From: Mycobacterium tuberculosis H37Rv
GTDB lineage: Bacteria > Actinomycetota > Actinomycetes > Mycobacteriales > Mycobacteriaceae
Assembly (NCBI RefSeq): GCF_000195955.2
Contig: NC_000962.3
Span: 330,001 to 362,000 of the forward strand
DNA: 32,000 nucleotides
Direction of reading: 5' to 3'
Notes under the pieces: generated by a model
The model's input: the letters and a program-made list of their open reading frames with translations, nothing else
Told to the model about the DNA's origin: nothing
Database searches by the model: none
Program-made: the position numbers and the translations under genes
Shown: positions 6,560 to 15,638 of the stretch, piece by piece
Layout: each line of letters opens with the position of its first letter
How positions within the stretch are numbered: the first letter of the stretch is position 1

Positions 6560-9073
6560 TTACAGGCCGTTGAGCCCGTTCTCGCCGATGATCAGCCCGC
6601 TGGTGCCGCCGGCGCCGGGTGTGCCGCCGGCTTTCCCGCCGTTGCCGCCGTTGCCGCCGTTGCCGATCAGCACGGCGTTGGGGACCGAGCTCGAATTCCC
6701 ACCGGTGTCAGCGCCAAACCCGCCGGCGCCGCCGTCGCCGCCGTTGCCGAACACCCCGGCCGTACCGCCGTCACCGCCGGTGCCGCCGCTGCTGCCGATG
6801 CCGCTGGAGCCACCGGTGCCGCCGGCACCGCCGAAGCCGAAGAGCGAGCCGCCACTGCCGCCGTTCCCGCCGACCCCGCCGGTCCCGCCGACATTTAAGG
6901 CGCTGCCGCCGCTGCCGCCGGCGCCGCCGGAGGCGCCGAGGGCGAGTAGGCCGGCGTTGCCGCCGCTGCCGCCGTTGCCGCCGAAGGTGCCGCCGCTGCT
7001 GCCGCCAGCACCGCCAGTGCCGCCGGCGCCGAACAGCCCGCCGTGCCCCCCGGCGCCGCCGTCGGCGCCGAGCGTGCCCGCCCCGCCGGTGCCGCCGGCG
7101 CCGAAGAGCAATCCGTTCCCCCCGGTCCCGCCATTCGCGCCAAACCCGCCGGCCCCGCCGGCCCCGCCGTTGGCGAACAGCCCACCGGTACCACCGGCTC
7201 CGGCGGTGCCGCCGGCACCGATAAAGTTTTGGGAGAGGGCGGCCTGGCCGCCGGTCCCTGCGGCACCGAGGAACAAGCCGGCGTCACCGCCGCGCCCGCC
7301 GGCCCCGCCGGTGTCCAGGCCAAACCCGCCGCTGCCGCCGGTGCCGCCGGAGCCGATCAGCAAGGCGGCTCCGCCGGTCCCGCCGGTCCCGCCTTGGCCC
7401 GTCGTTCCGATGCCGCCGGACCCGCCGGTGCCGCCAATACCTGACAGGATTCCGCCGGCCCCGCCGGATCCGCCGTCTCCGCCGTCGGCGCCGGTCGCTC
7501 CGTGGCCGCCGTTGCCGCCGTTGCCGAACAACCACCCGCCGGCCCCACCGTCGGCCCCGGTCCCCGGAGTGCCGTTGGCGCCGTTGCCGATCAGCGGTCG
7601 CCCGGTGAGGGCTTGGGTGGGCTCGTTGATCGCGTTGAGGATTTGTTGCTGCAGGGTGTGCAGTGGCGTGCTGGCGGGGGCGTTGAATCCGTCTCGACCT
7701 AGTAGCTGCCCGCCTAAGCCGCCGGCGCCGGCCGTGCCGGCGGGTGCGCCAGTGCCGCCACTACCACCGTTACCGCCATTGCCGATCAGCACGCCGCTTC
7801 CGCCGGCGCCGCCGGCGGCGCCGGCGCCGTTCGCGCTGGCGCCGCCGTTGCCGCCGTTGCCGGCGTTGCCGACGAGCCCGGGCGCGCCGCCGGCCCCACC
7901 GGTTCCGCCGGCGCCCGCGAAGGACCCGCCGCCGGCGCCGCCGGCACCGCCCGCCCCGATGAGCAGACCCGCCTTTCCGCCGGCGCCGCCCGCCCCGCCG
8001 GCGTCGAAGCCCAGCCCGCAGACGCCGCCGGCGCCGCCGGAGCCGAACAACGTGCCGCCGTCGCCTCCGATCCCACCGGCACCGCCGCCACCGTCCGGGT
8101 TGGATCCGCCGCTGCCGCCGGCGCCGCCGGCGGCACCGAGGCTGAGCATGCCGGCGTCGCCGCCGGCCCCACCGTTCCCGCCGACGTTGATTATGCTCGT
8201 CCCGCCACTACCGCCGGTGCCGCCGGCGCCGAACAGCCCGCCAGAGCCGCCATCCCCGCCGGCGCCGCCGCCAAAGATGCCGAATCCGCCGGGCCCACCG
8301 GTGCCGCCGGCGCCGAACAGCCCGCCGTTTCCGCCGGATCCGCCGGCCCCGCCGGTGCCGGCGTCGGTTGCCCCGCCGGCGCCACCGACCCCGCCGTCGG
8401 CGAACAGCCCGCCGTTTCCGCCGGCCCCGCCGGCGCCGCCGGTGGCGCCGAAAGCGGCTGCGAATCCGCCGGGACCGCCGACCCCGGCGGCCCCGAACAG
8501 CATGCCGGCGGCCCCGCCGGCGCCGCCGGCGCCGCCGGTCCCCGTGCTGGCCCTCCCGCCGGCGCCGCCGGCGCCGCCGTTGCCGATGAGCCCGCCGGCG
8601 CCGCCGTTGCCGCCGGCCCCGCCGTTGACGCCGGCCGCGCCGGATCCTCCGGCGCCGCCGTTGCCGATTAACCAGCCGCCGTCCCCGCCATTGGCCCCGG
8701 TGCCGGGGGCGCCGTTGGTGCCGTTGCCGATCAGCGGGCGCCCGGTATTCGCCAGGAAGAACTCGTTGATCGGGGCGAGCAGCGGCGAGGTGGCGGCGGC
8801 CTCGGCGGCGGCGTACGCGCCGCCACCGGAGGTCAACGCCTGCACGAACTGGGCATGAAACGCCTGCGCTTGGGCGCTGAGCGCCTGATAGGCCTGGCCG
8901 TGGGCGCCGAACAGCGCCGCAACCGCCGTCGAGACTTCATCGGCACCCGCGGCCAGCAGTGCTGTGGTGTTGGCCGCCGCGGCCGCGTTGGCCGCGGCGA
9001 TGCTCGACTCGAGACTGGCTAAATCCGTTGCCGCTGCCGCGATAACCTCTGGCGCCGCAATCACAAACGACAT
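6560..9073 (-). CDS. PE_PGRS4: PE_PGRS family protein PE_PGRS4, 837 aa (Rv0279c equivalent)
   Basis: ORF 6560..9094. The PE start [25 protein letters not shown] is at ATG 9073 with the same RBS as its paralogue. It has a GRPLI linker, GGA/GGN repeats, and the canonical C-terminus ...[12 protein letters not shown]. Confidence 0.9.
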   Translation of the reverse strand: MSFVIAAPEVIAAAATDLASLESSIAAANAAAAANTTALLAAGADEVSTAVAALFGAHGQAYQALSAQAQAFHAQFVQALTSGGGAYAAAEAAATSPLLAPINEFFLANTGRPLIGNGTNGAPGTGANGGDGGWLIGNGGAGGSGAAGVNGGAGGNGGAGGLIGNGGAGGAGGRASTGTGGAGGAGGAAGMLFGAAGVGGPGGFAAAFGATGGAGGAGGNGGLFADGGVGGAGGATDAGTGGAGGSGGNGGLFGAGGTGGPGGFGIFGGGAGGDGGSGGLFGAGGTGGSGGTSIINVGGNGGAGGDAGMLSLGAAGGAGGSGGSNPDGGGGAGGIGGDGGTLFGSGGAGGVCGLGFDAGGAGGAGGKAGLLIGAGGAGGAGGGSFAGAGGTGGAGGAPGLVGNAGNGGNGGASANGAGAAGGAGGSGVLIGNGGNGGSGGTGAPAGTAGAGGLGGQLLGRDGFNAPASTPLHTLQQQILNAINEPTQALTGRPLIGNGANGTPGTGADGGAGGWLFGNGGNGGHGATGADGGDGGSGGAGGILSGIGGTGGSGGIGTTGQGGTGGTGGAALLIGSGGTGGSGGFGLDTGGAGGRGGDAGLFLGAAGTGGQAALSQNFIGAGGTAGAGGTGGLFANGGAGGAGGFGANGGTGGNGLLFGAGGTGGAGTLGADGGAGGHGGLFGAGGTGGAGGSSGGTFGGNGGSGGNAGLLALGASGGAGGSGGSALNVGGTGGVGGNGGSGGSLFGFGGAGGTGGSSGIGSSGGTGGDGGTAGVFGNGGDGGAGGFGADTGGNSSSVPNAVLIGNGGNGGNGGKAGGTPGAGGTSGLIIGENGLNGL

Positions 9074-9142
9074 CTGACACCTCCCAATACGCATGACCGC
9101 TCTGTCATGCCGACCCGGGGAACGTCACCAGCAAAAATCGGC
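9021..9142. repeat. 122-bp segment identical to 6258..6379 (PE_PGRS 5' end plus upstream leader)
   Basis: See the paired repeat. Part of a tandem gene duplication spanning about 3437..9142. Confidence 0.9.
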
Positions 9143-9320
9143 GGGCTACAGAATAACTCCGGCCCGGGAAAGGGATTTGGTATTTCCCAAAATATCTCCC
9201 ACATTTATGCGGTCGGCGCGTCGGCCGACGGGAGCTGGCAGCACCCGTGGGCCGGCGCCGAGCGTTCGCTGGTGTCCGGCTGGGACTTGCATTGCGGCGC
9301 GCCGTGGTGTGGAATAGTGG

Positions 9321-9338
9321 TAATGAAAATCATGTTCA
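9321..9338. promoter_or_regulatory. Fur-family (Zur-type) box TAATGAAAATCATGTTCA upstream of PPE3
   Basis: AT-rich inverted repeat ATGAAAAT-C-ATGTTCAT (7 of 8 arm positions complementary), 26 nt upstream of the PPE3 ATG. The same 18-mer recurs at 11944..11961. Zur control of this locus is established knowledge. Confidence 0.7.
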
Positions 9339-9363
9339 TCAGTCCTCTGTGGTGTTTACGGCT

Positions 9364-10974
9364 ATGACGCTGTGGATGGCCTCGCCGCCCGAGGTGCATT
9401 CGGCGTTGCTCAGCAGCGGGCCGGGGCCGGGCTCGGTGTTGTCGGCGGCCGGGGTGTGGTCGTCGCTGAGCGCCGAATACGCCGCGGTCGCCGACGAGCT
9501 CATAGGGCTGCTGGGCGCCGTGCAGACCGGCGCTTGGCAGGGGCCCAGCGCCGCGGCTTATGTGGCCGCCCACGCGCCGTACCTCGCGTGGTTAATGCGG
9601 GCCAGCGAAACCAGCGCGGAAGCGGCCGCCCGGCACGAGACCGTGGCCGCGGCCTACACGACCGCGGTGGCGGCCATGCCGACGTTGGTCGAGCTGGCCG
9701 CCAACCACACGCTTCACGGGGTCTTGGTGGCGACGAACTTCTTCGGCATCAACACCATCCCGATCGCGCTCAACGAGGCCGACTACGCGCGGATGTGGAC
9801 GCAGGCCGCCAGCACGATGGCGACCTATCAAGCGGTCGCCGAGGCCGCGGTGGCGTCGGCACCGCAGACCACCCCGGCGCCGCCGATCTTGGCAGCCGAA
9901 GCGGCCGACGATGACCACGATCATGACCACGATCACGGGGGCGAACCGACCCCGCTGGACTATCTGGTCGCGGAGATATTGCGCATCATCAGCGGTGGGC
10001 GCCTGATCTGGGATCCCGCCGAGGGCACCATGAACGGAATCCCGTTCGAAGATTATACGGACGCAGCCCAACCAATCTGGTGGGTTGTTCGTGCCATCGA
10101 ATTCAGTAAGGACTTTGAAACGTTTGTTCAGGAACTGTTTGTCAATCCGGTGGAGGCATTTCAGTTCTACTTTGAGCTTCTATTGTTCGACTACCCGACC
10201 CACATTGTGCAGATTGTTGAGGCGTTGAGCCAGTCCCCGCAGTTGCTGGCGGTCGCACTCGGTTCCGTCATCTCCAACTTGGGTGCGGTGACCGGGTTCG
10301 CCGGGCTATCCGGCTTGGCCGGCATGCAGCCGGCGGCTATCCCGGCGCTAGCACCCGTCGCGGCGGCCCCGTCGACATTGCCGGCGGTCGCGATGGCCCC
10401 GACCATGGCCGCGCCGGGCGCGGCGGTTGCGTCGGCAGCCGCGCCGGCGTCCGCGCCGGCGGCCAGCACGGTGGCCAGCGCCACGCCGGCACCGCCGCCG
10501 GCACCCGGCGCCGCCGGGTTCGGCTATCCCTACGCCATCGCTCCGCCCGGCATCGGGTTCGGCTCGGGGATGAGCGCCAGCGCCAGCGCTCAACGCAAGG
10601 CACCACAGCCCGATAGTGCGGCGGCGGCGGCGGCCGCGGCGGCCGTACGTGACCAAGCGCGGGCGCGGCGGCGGCGCCGTGTCACGCGGCGCGGATACGG
10701 CGACGAGTTTATGGATATGAACATCGACGTCGATCCGGACTGGGGCCCTCCGCCCGGCGAAGACCCAGTCACATCCACGGTGGCCTCGGATCGGGGTGCC
10801 GGACATCTGGGCTTTGCCGGGACGGCCCGCAGGGAGGCGGTTGCCGACGCGGCCGGGATGACCACGCTGGCTGGCGATGATTTCGGCGACGGGCCAACGA
10901 CGCCAATGGTGCCGGGTTCGTGGGATCCGGACCGGGATGCGCCTGGCTCGGCGGAGCCTGGAGATCGGGGCTGA
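9364..10974 (+). CDS. PPE3: PPE family protein PPE3, 536 aa, PPE-PPW subfamily (Rv0280 equivalent)
   Basis: ORF 9247..10974. The canonical PPE N-terminus [23 protein letters not shown] starts at ATG 9364. C-terminal GFAGT and PMVPGSW (PxxPxxW) motifs are present. Confidence 0.9.
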   Translation: MTLWMASPPEVHSALLSSGPGPGSVLSAAGVWSSLSAEYAAVADELIGLLGAVQTGAWQGPSAAAYVAAHAPYLAWLMRASETSAEAAARHETVAAAYTTAVAAMPTLVELAANHTLHGVLVATNFFGINTIPIALNEADYARMWTQAASTMATYQAVAEAAVASAPQTTPAPPILAAEAADDDHDHDHDHGGEPTPLDYLVAEILRIISGGRLIWDPAEGTMNGIPFEDYTDAAQPIWWVVRAIEFSKDFETFVQELFVNPVEAFQFYFELLLFDYPTHIVQIVEALSQSPQLLAVALGSVISNLGAVTGFAGLSGLAGMQPAAIPALAPVAAAPSTLPAVAMAPTMAAPGAAVASAAAPASAPAASTVASATPAPPPAPGAAGFGYPYAIAPPGIGFGSGMSASASAQRKAPQPDSAAAAAAAAAVRDQARARRRRRVTRRGYGDEFMDMNIDVDPDWGPPPGEDPVTSTVASDRGAGHLGFAGTARREAVADAAGMTTLAGDDFGDGPTTPMVPGSWDPDRDAPGSAEPGDRG

Positions 10975-10997
10975 GCTAGCCGCGTAGGGTCGATTGG

Positions 10998-11906
10998 GTG
11001 CGTACCGAAGGTGATAGCTGGGACATCACAACGAGTGTCGGTTCGACCGCGCTGTTTGTCGCGACGGCGCGAGCGCTGGAAGCCCAGAAGTCCGACCCGC
11101 TGGTCGTCGACCCATATGCGGAGGCGTTCTGCCGTGCCGTCGGCGGTTCGTGGGCCGATGTGCTCGACGGCAAGCTTCCCGACCACAAGTTGAAGAGCAC
11201 CGATTTCGGCGAGCACTTCGTCAACTTCCAGGGTGCCCGCACCAAGTATTTCGACGAGTATTTCCGTCGGGCCGCCGCCGCCGGCGCGCGGCAGGTGGTC
11301 ATCCTGGCGGCGGGGCTGGACTCGCGCGCGTACCGGCTGCCTTGGCCCGACGGGACCACGGTTTTTGAGCTGGACCGCCCGCAGGTCCTTGATTTCAAGC
11401 GCGAGGTGCTCGCCAGCCACGGTGCCCAACCGCGCGCCCTGCGCCGCGAGATCGCCGTCGACCTGCGTGACGATTGGCCACAAGCCTTGCGGGACAGTGG
11501 TTTCGATGCGGCTGCACCGTCGGCATGGATTGCCGAAGGGCTGCTGATCTATCTCCCGGCCACCGCCCAGGAGCGGCTATTCACCGGCATCGATGCCCTG
11601 GCCGGGCGCCGAAGCCACGTCGCCGTCGAGGATGGTGCCCCAATGGGGCCAGACGAATATGCGGCTAAGGTCGAAGAGGAGCGCGCCGCGATCGCCGAGG
11701 GAGCCGAGGAGCACCCGTTTTTTCAACTGGTCTACAACGAGCGATGCGCGCCGGCCGCCGAGTGGTTCGGCGAGCGAGGTTGGACCGCGGTCGCTACGCT
11801 GTTGAACGACTACCTCGAAGCGGTGGGTCGCCCGGTACCCGGACCGGAATCCGAAGCCGGGCCGATGTTCGCCCGCAACACCCTGGTCAGTGCCGCCCGC
11901 GTCTGA
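10998..11906 (+). CDS. Putative S-adenosylmethionine-dependent O-methyltransferase (LCMT-like mycobacterial family), 302 aa (Rv0281 equivalent)
   Basis: GTG-start [18 protein letters not shown] is the SAM-binding motif typical of this paralogous mycobacterial methyltransferase family. It lies 23 nt after PPE3. Confidence 0.85.
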   Translation: MRTEGDSWDITTSVGSTALFVATARALEAQKSDPLVVDPYAEAFCRAVGGSWADVLDGKLPDHKLKSTDFGEHFVNFQGARTKYFDEYFRRAAAAGARQVVILAAGLDSRAYRLPWPDGTTVFELDRPQVLDFKREVLASHGAQPRALRREIAVDLRDDWPQALRDSGFDAAAPSAWIAEGLLIYLPATAQERLFTGIDALAGRRSHVAVEDGAPMGPDEYAAKVEEERAAIAEGAEEHPFFQLVYNERCAPAAEWFGERGWTAVATLLNDYLEAVGRPVPGPESEAGPMFARNTLVSAARV

Positions 11907-11943
11907 CGGCGCACCGTTCGCGCTGCCGGCACCCCGGGCTCCA

Positions 11944-11961
11944 TAATGAAAATCATGTTCA
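11944..11961. promoter_or_regulatory. Second copy of the Fur-family (Zur-type) box TAATGAAAATCATGTTCA, upstream of eccA3
   Basis: Identical 18-mer to 9321..9338, located 169 nt upstream of the eccA3 ATG. Confidence 0.7.
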
Positions 11962-12080
11962 GTAAGCTACACTCTGCATATCGGGCTACCAACGAAATGG
12001 AGTATCGGTCATGATCTTGCCAGCCGTGCCTAAAAGCTTGGCCGCAGGGCCGAGTCGATTGGTCGCGGTCGCCTCGACAG

Positions 12081-12099
12081 TTAGCTTATGCAATGCTAA
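12081..12099. promoter_or_regulatory. Candidate IdeR iron box TTAGCTTATGCAATGCTAA in the eccA3 leader
   Basis: 14 of 19 matches to the iron-box consensus TTAGGTTAGGCTAACCTAA as I recall it, with perfect outer inverted repeat TTAGC...GCTAA. It lies 31 nt upstream of the eccA3 ATG. Iron and IdeR control of ESX-3 is established. Confidence 0.5.
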
Positions 12100-12129
12100 C
12101 TTCGGGGCAAAGTTCAGGCGGATCGGCCG

Positions 12130-14025
12130 ATGGCGGGCGTAGGTGAAGGAGACAGCGGAGGCGTGGAGCGTGATGACATTGGCATGGTGGCCGCTTCCCC
12201 CGTCGCGTCTCGGGTAAATGGCAAGGTAGACGCTGACGTCGTCGGTCGATTTGCCACCTGCTGCCGTGCCCTGGGCATCGCGGTTTACCAGCGTAAACGT
12301 CCGCCGGACCTGGCTGCCGCCCGGTCTGGTTTCGCCGCGCTGACCCGCGTCGCCCATGACCAGTGCGACGCCTGGACCGGGCTGGCCGCTGCCGGCGACC
12401 AGTCCATCGGGGTGCTGGAAGCCGCCTCGCGCACGGCGACCACGGCTGGTGTGTTGCAGCGGCAGGTGGAACTGGCCGATAACGCCTTGGGCTTCCTGTA
12501 CGACACCGGGCTGTACCTGCGTTTTCGTGCCACCGGACCTGACGATTTCCACCTCGCGTATGCCGCTGCGTTGGCTTCGACGGGCGGGCCGGAGGAGTTT
12601 GCCAAGGCCAATCACGTGGTGTCCGGTATCACCGAGCGCCGCGCCGGCTGGCGTGCCGCCCGTTGGCTCGCCGTGGTCATCAACTACCGCGCCGAGCGCT
12701 GGTCGGATGTCGTGAAGCTGCTCACTCCGATGGTTAATGATCCCGACCTCGACGAGGCCTTTTCGCACGCGGCCAAGATCACCCTGGGCACCGCACTGGC
12801 CCGACTGGGCATGTTTGCCCCGGCGCTGTCTTATCTGGAGGAACCCGACGGTCCTGTCGCGGTCGCTGCTGTCGACGGTGCACTGGCCAAAGCGCTGGTG
12901 CTGCGCGCGCATGTGGATGAGGAGTCGGCCAGCGAAGTGCTGCAGGACTTGTATGCGGCTCACCCCGAAAACGAACAGGTCGAGCAGGCGCTGTCGGATA
13001 CCAGCTTCGGGATCGTCACCACCACAGCCGGGCGGATCGAGGCCCGCACCGATCCGTGGGATCCGGCGACCGAGCCCGGCGCGGAGGATTTCGTCGATCC
13101 CGCGGCCCACGAACGCAAGGCCGCGCTGCTGCACGAGGCCGAACTCCAACTCGCCGAGTTCATCGGCCTCGACGAGGTCAAACGCCAGGTGTCGCGGCTG
13201 AAGAGCTCAGTGGCCATGGAACTGGTCCGCAAGCAGCGTGGGCTCACGGTCGCCCAACGCACGCACCACTTGGTGTTTGCGGGACCGCCCGGGACCGGCA
13301 AGACCACCATTGCCCGGGTGGTCGCCAAGATCTATTGCGGCCTTGGCTTGTTGAAGCGGGAGAACATCCGCGAGGTCCATCGCGCCGACCTCATCGGCCA
13401 ACACATCGGCGAGACCGAGGCGAAAACCAACGCGATCATCGACAGCGCGCTGGACGGGGTGCTGTTCCTCGACGAGGCCTACGCCCTGGTGGCCACCGGC
13501 GCCAAGAACGACTTCGGGTTGGTGGCCATTGACACCTTGTTGGCCAGGATGGAAAACGACCGCGACCGGCTGGTGGTCATCATCGCCGGCTATCGCGCCG
13601 ACCTGGACAAATTCCTGGACACCAACGAGGGACTTCGGTCGCGTTTCACCCGCAACATCGACTTTCCCTCCTACACGTCCCATGAGCTGGTGGAGATCGC
13701 GCACAAGATGGCCGAACAGCGAGACAGCGTCTTCGAACAGTCCGCGCTGCACGATTTGGAGGCGTTGTTCGCCAAGTTGGCGGCGGAGTCGACACCAGAT
13801 ACCAACGGAATCTCGCGACGTAGCCTCGACATCGCGGGCAATGGTCGGTTTGTGCGCAACATCGTCGAACGCTCCGAAGAAGAGCGTGAATTCCGGCTGG
13901 ACCATTCCGAACATGCCGGATCCGGTGAGTTCAGCGACGAGGAGCTGATGACCATCACGGCCGACGACGTGGGTAGATCGGTAGAGCCGCTATTGCGTGG
14001 CCTCGGGCTCTCGGTGCGGGCATGA
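12130..14025 (+). CDS. eccA3: ESX-3 cytosolic AAA+ ATPase EccA3, 631 aa
   Basis: N-terminal TPR-like helical region (…DQCDAWTGLAAAGD…) followed by a CbxX-type AAA+ module. Walker A GPPGTGKT is at 13282..13305 and Walker B is VLFLDEAY. The stop overlaps the eccB3 start (ATGA). Confidence 0.9.
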   Translation: MAGVGEGDSGGVERDDIGMVAASPVASRVNGKVDADVVGRFATCCRALGIAVYQRKRPPDLAAARSGFAALTRVAHDQCDAWTGLAAAGDQSIGVLEAASRTATTAGVLQRQVELADNALGFLYDTGLYLRFRATGPDDFHLAYAAALASTGGPEEFAKANHVVSGITERRAGWRAARWLAVVINYRAERWSDVVKLLTPMVNDPDLDEAFSHAAKITLGTALARLGMFAPALSYLEEPDGPVAVAAVDGALAKALVLRAHVDEESASEVLQDLYAAHPENEQVEQALSDTSFGIVTTTAGRIEARTDPWDPATEPGAEDFVDPAAHERKAALLHEAELQLAEFIGLDEVKRQVSRLKSSVAMELVRKQRGLTVAQRTHHLVFAGPPGTGKTTIARVVAKIYCGLGLLKRENIREVHRADLIGQHIGETEAKTNAIIDSALDGVLFLDEAYALVATGAKNDFGLVAIDTLLARMENDRDRLVVIIAGYRADLDKFLDTNEGLRSRFTRNIDFPSYTSHELVEIAHKMAEQRDSVFEQSALHDLEALFAKLAAESTPDTNGISRRSLDIAGNGRFVRNIVERSEEEREFRLDHSEHAGSGEFSDEELMTITADDVGRSVEPLLRGLGLSVRA

Positions 14026-15638
14026 CGAACCAGCAGCACGACCACGACTTCGACCACGACCGTCGCTCGTTCGCCTCCCGAACCCCGGTCAACAACAACC
14101 CCGACAAGGTTGTCTACCGCCGCGGCTTCGTCACCCGCCATCAGGTGACGGGCTGGCGGTTCGTGATGCGCCGAATCGCCGCCGGAATCGCATTGCACGA
14201 CACCCGCATGCTGGTCGACCCGTTGCGCACTCAGTCACGCGCGGTGCTGATGGGTGTGCTGATTGTGATCACGGGGTTGATCGGCTCCTTCGTATTCTCG
14301 TTGATTCGGCCCAATGGGCAGGCGGGTAGCAACGCGGTGCTTGCCGACCGGTCCACCGCGGCGCTGTATGTGCGGGTGGGCGAGCAGCTGCACCCGGTGC
14401 TCAACCTGACCTCGGCCCGGCTGATCGTCGGCCGGCCGGTGAGCCCGACGACGGTGAAAAGTACTGAGTTGGACCAGTTTCCGCGCGGAAACCTGATCGG
14501 CATCCCGGGTGCGCCGGAGCGGATGGTGCAGAACACCTCCACCGACGCGAACTGGACGGTGTGTGACGGCCTCAACGCACCGTCGCGGGGCGGTGCGGAT
14601 GGCGTGGGTGTGACGGTGATTGCCGGCCCGCTGGAGGACACCGGCGCACGCGCGGCCGCGCTCGGGCCCGGGCAGGCGGTGCTGGTCGACAGCGGCGCCG
14701 GCACCTGGCTGTTGTGGGACGGCAAGCGCAGCCCGATTGATCTGGCCGATCATGCGGTCACCAGCGGCCTCGGCCTGGGCGCCGACGTGCCCGCGCCGCG
14801 GATCATCGCCTCGGGGCTGTTCAACGCGATACCCGAAGCACCGCCACTGACGGCGCCGATCATCCCGGATGCCGGCAACCCGGCGAGCTTCGGTGTGCCG
14901 GCGCCGATCGGCGCGGTGGTGAGTTCCTACGCCCTGAAAGACTCGGGCAAGACCATATCGGACACCGTGCAGTACTACGCGGTGCTGCCGGACGGTTTGC
15001 AGCAGATTTCGCCGGTATTGGCGGCAATCCTGCGCAACAACAACTCCTATGGTCTGCAGCAGCCGCCTCGGCTGGGGGCCGACGAGGTCGCCAAGCTGCC
15101 GGTGTCGCGGGTGTTGGACACCAGGCGCTATCCCAGCGAGCCGGTAAGTCTCGTCGACGTTACCCGTGACCCCGTCACCTGCGCGTACTGGAGCAAGCCG
15201 GTGGGTGCGGCCACCAGCTCGTTGACTCTGTTGGCAGGCTCGGCGCTGCCGGTGCCAGATGCGGTGCACACCGTCGAGCTGGTCGGCGCCGGCAACGGTG
15301 GTGTGGCAACCCGAGTGGCGTTAGCGGCCGGTACTGGCTACTTCACCCAGACGGTGGGCGGCGGCCCAGATGCGCCGGGCGCCGGGTCGTTGTTCTGGGT
15401 GTCGGATACCGGGGTGCGTTACGGTATCGACAATGAGCCTCAGGGAGTGGCTGGAGGCGGCAAAGCGGTTGAGGCCCTTGGCCTGAACCCGCCCCCGGTC
15501 CCCATCCCGTGGTCGGTGCTGTCGCTGTTTGTGCCCGGCCCGACGCTGTCGCGTGCCGACGCGCTGCTGGCACACGACACCTTGGTGCCCGACAGCAGGC
15601 CCGCTCGTCCGGTATCGGCCGAGGGAGGGTACCGGTGA
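14022..15638 (+). CDS. eccB3: ESX-3 membrane component EccB3, 538 aa
   Basis: Single N-terminal TM helix ([22 protein letters not shown]) followed by a large extracytoplasmic domain. It is positioned between eccA and eccC, with ATGA and GTGA junctions on either side. Confidence 0.9.
   Translation: MTNQQHDHDFDHDRRSFASRTPVNNNPDKVVYRRGFVTRHQVTGWRFVMRRIAAGIALHDTRMLVDPLRTQSRAVLMGVLIVITGLIGSFVFSLIRPNGQAGSNAVLADRSTAALYVRVGEQLHPVLNLTSARLIVGRPVSPTTVKSTELDQFPRGNLIGIPGAPERMVQNTSTDANWTVCDGLNAPSRGGADGVGVTVIAGPLEDTGARAAALGPGQAVLVDSGAGTWLLWDGKRSPIDLADHAVTSGLGLGADVPAPRIIASGLFNAIPEAPPLTAPIIPDAGNPASFGVPAPIGAVVSSYALKDSGKTISDTVQYYAVLPDGLQQISPVLAAILRNNNSYGLQQPPRLGADEVAKLPVSRVLDTRRYPSEPVSLVDVTRDPVTCAYWSKPVGAATSSLTLLAGSALPVPDAVHTVELVGAGNGGVATRVALAAGTGYFTQTVGGGPDAPGAGSLFWVSDTGVRYGIDNEPQGVAGGGKAVEALGLNPPPVPIPWSVLSLFVPGPTLSRADALLAHDTLVPDSRPARPVSAEGGYR

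Noticed and set aside
3437-9073. Highly periodic short repeats that might suggest a CRISPR array or satellite
   Set aside because: The periodicity is codon-level (Gly-Gly-X) within long ORFs. There are no conserved 25-40 bp direct repeats alternating with unique spacers, and no cas genes.
9247-9363. Upstream extension of PPE3 (575-aa track ORF)
   Set aside because: It would read through the Zur-type box. The conserved PPE N-terminus [13 protein letters not shown] begins at ATG 9364.
10590-15269. Long antisense ORFs: 10590..11483 (297 aa), 11986..13149 (387 aa), 13207..13914 (235 aa), 14235..15269 (344 aa)
   Set aside because: They lie opposite well-supported genes (PPE3/methyltransferase, eccA3, eccB3). 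They have Arg/Gly/Pro-biased, domain-free sequences typical of stop-poor antisense frames in high-GC DNA.
15509-15634. Upstream extension of eccC3 (track ORF starts at 15509)
   Set aside because: It would overlap eccB3 by 130 nt and add an Arg/Ala-rich non-conserved peptide. GTG 15635 forms a GTGA junction and gives the expected 1330 aa.
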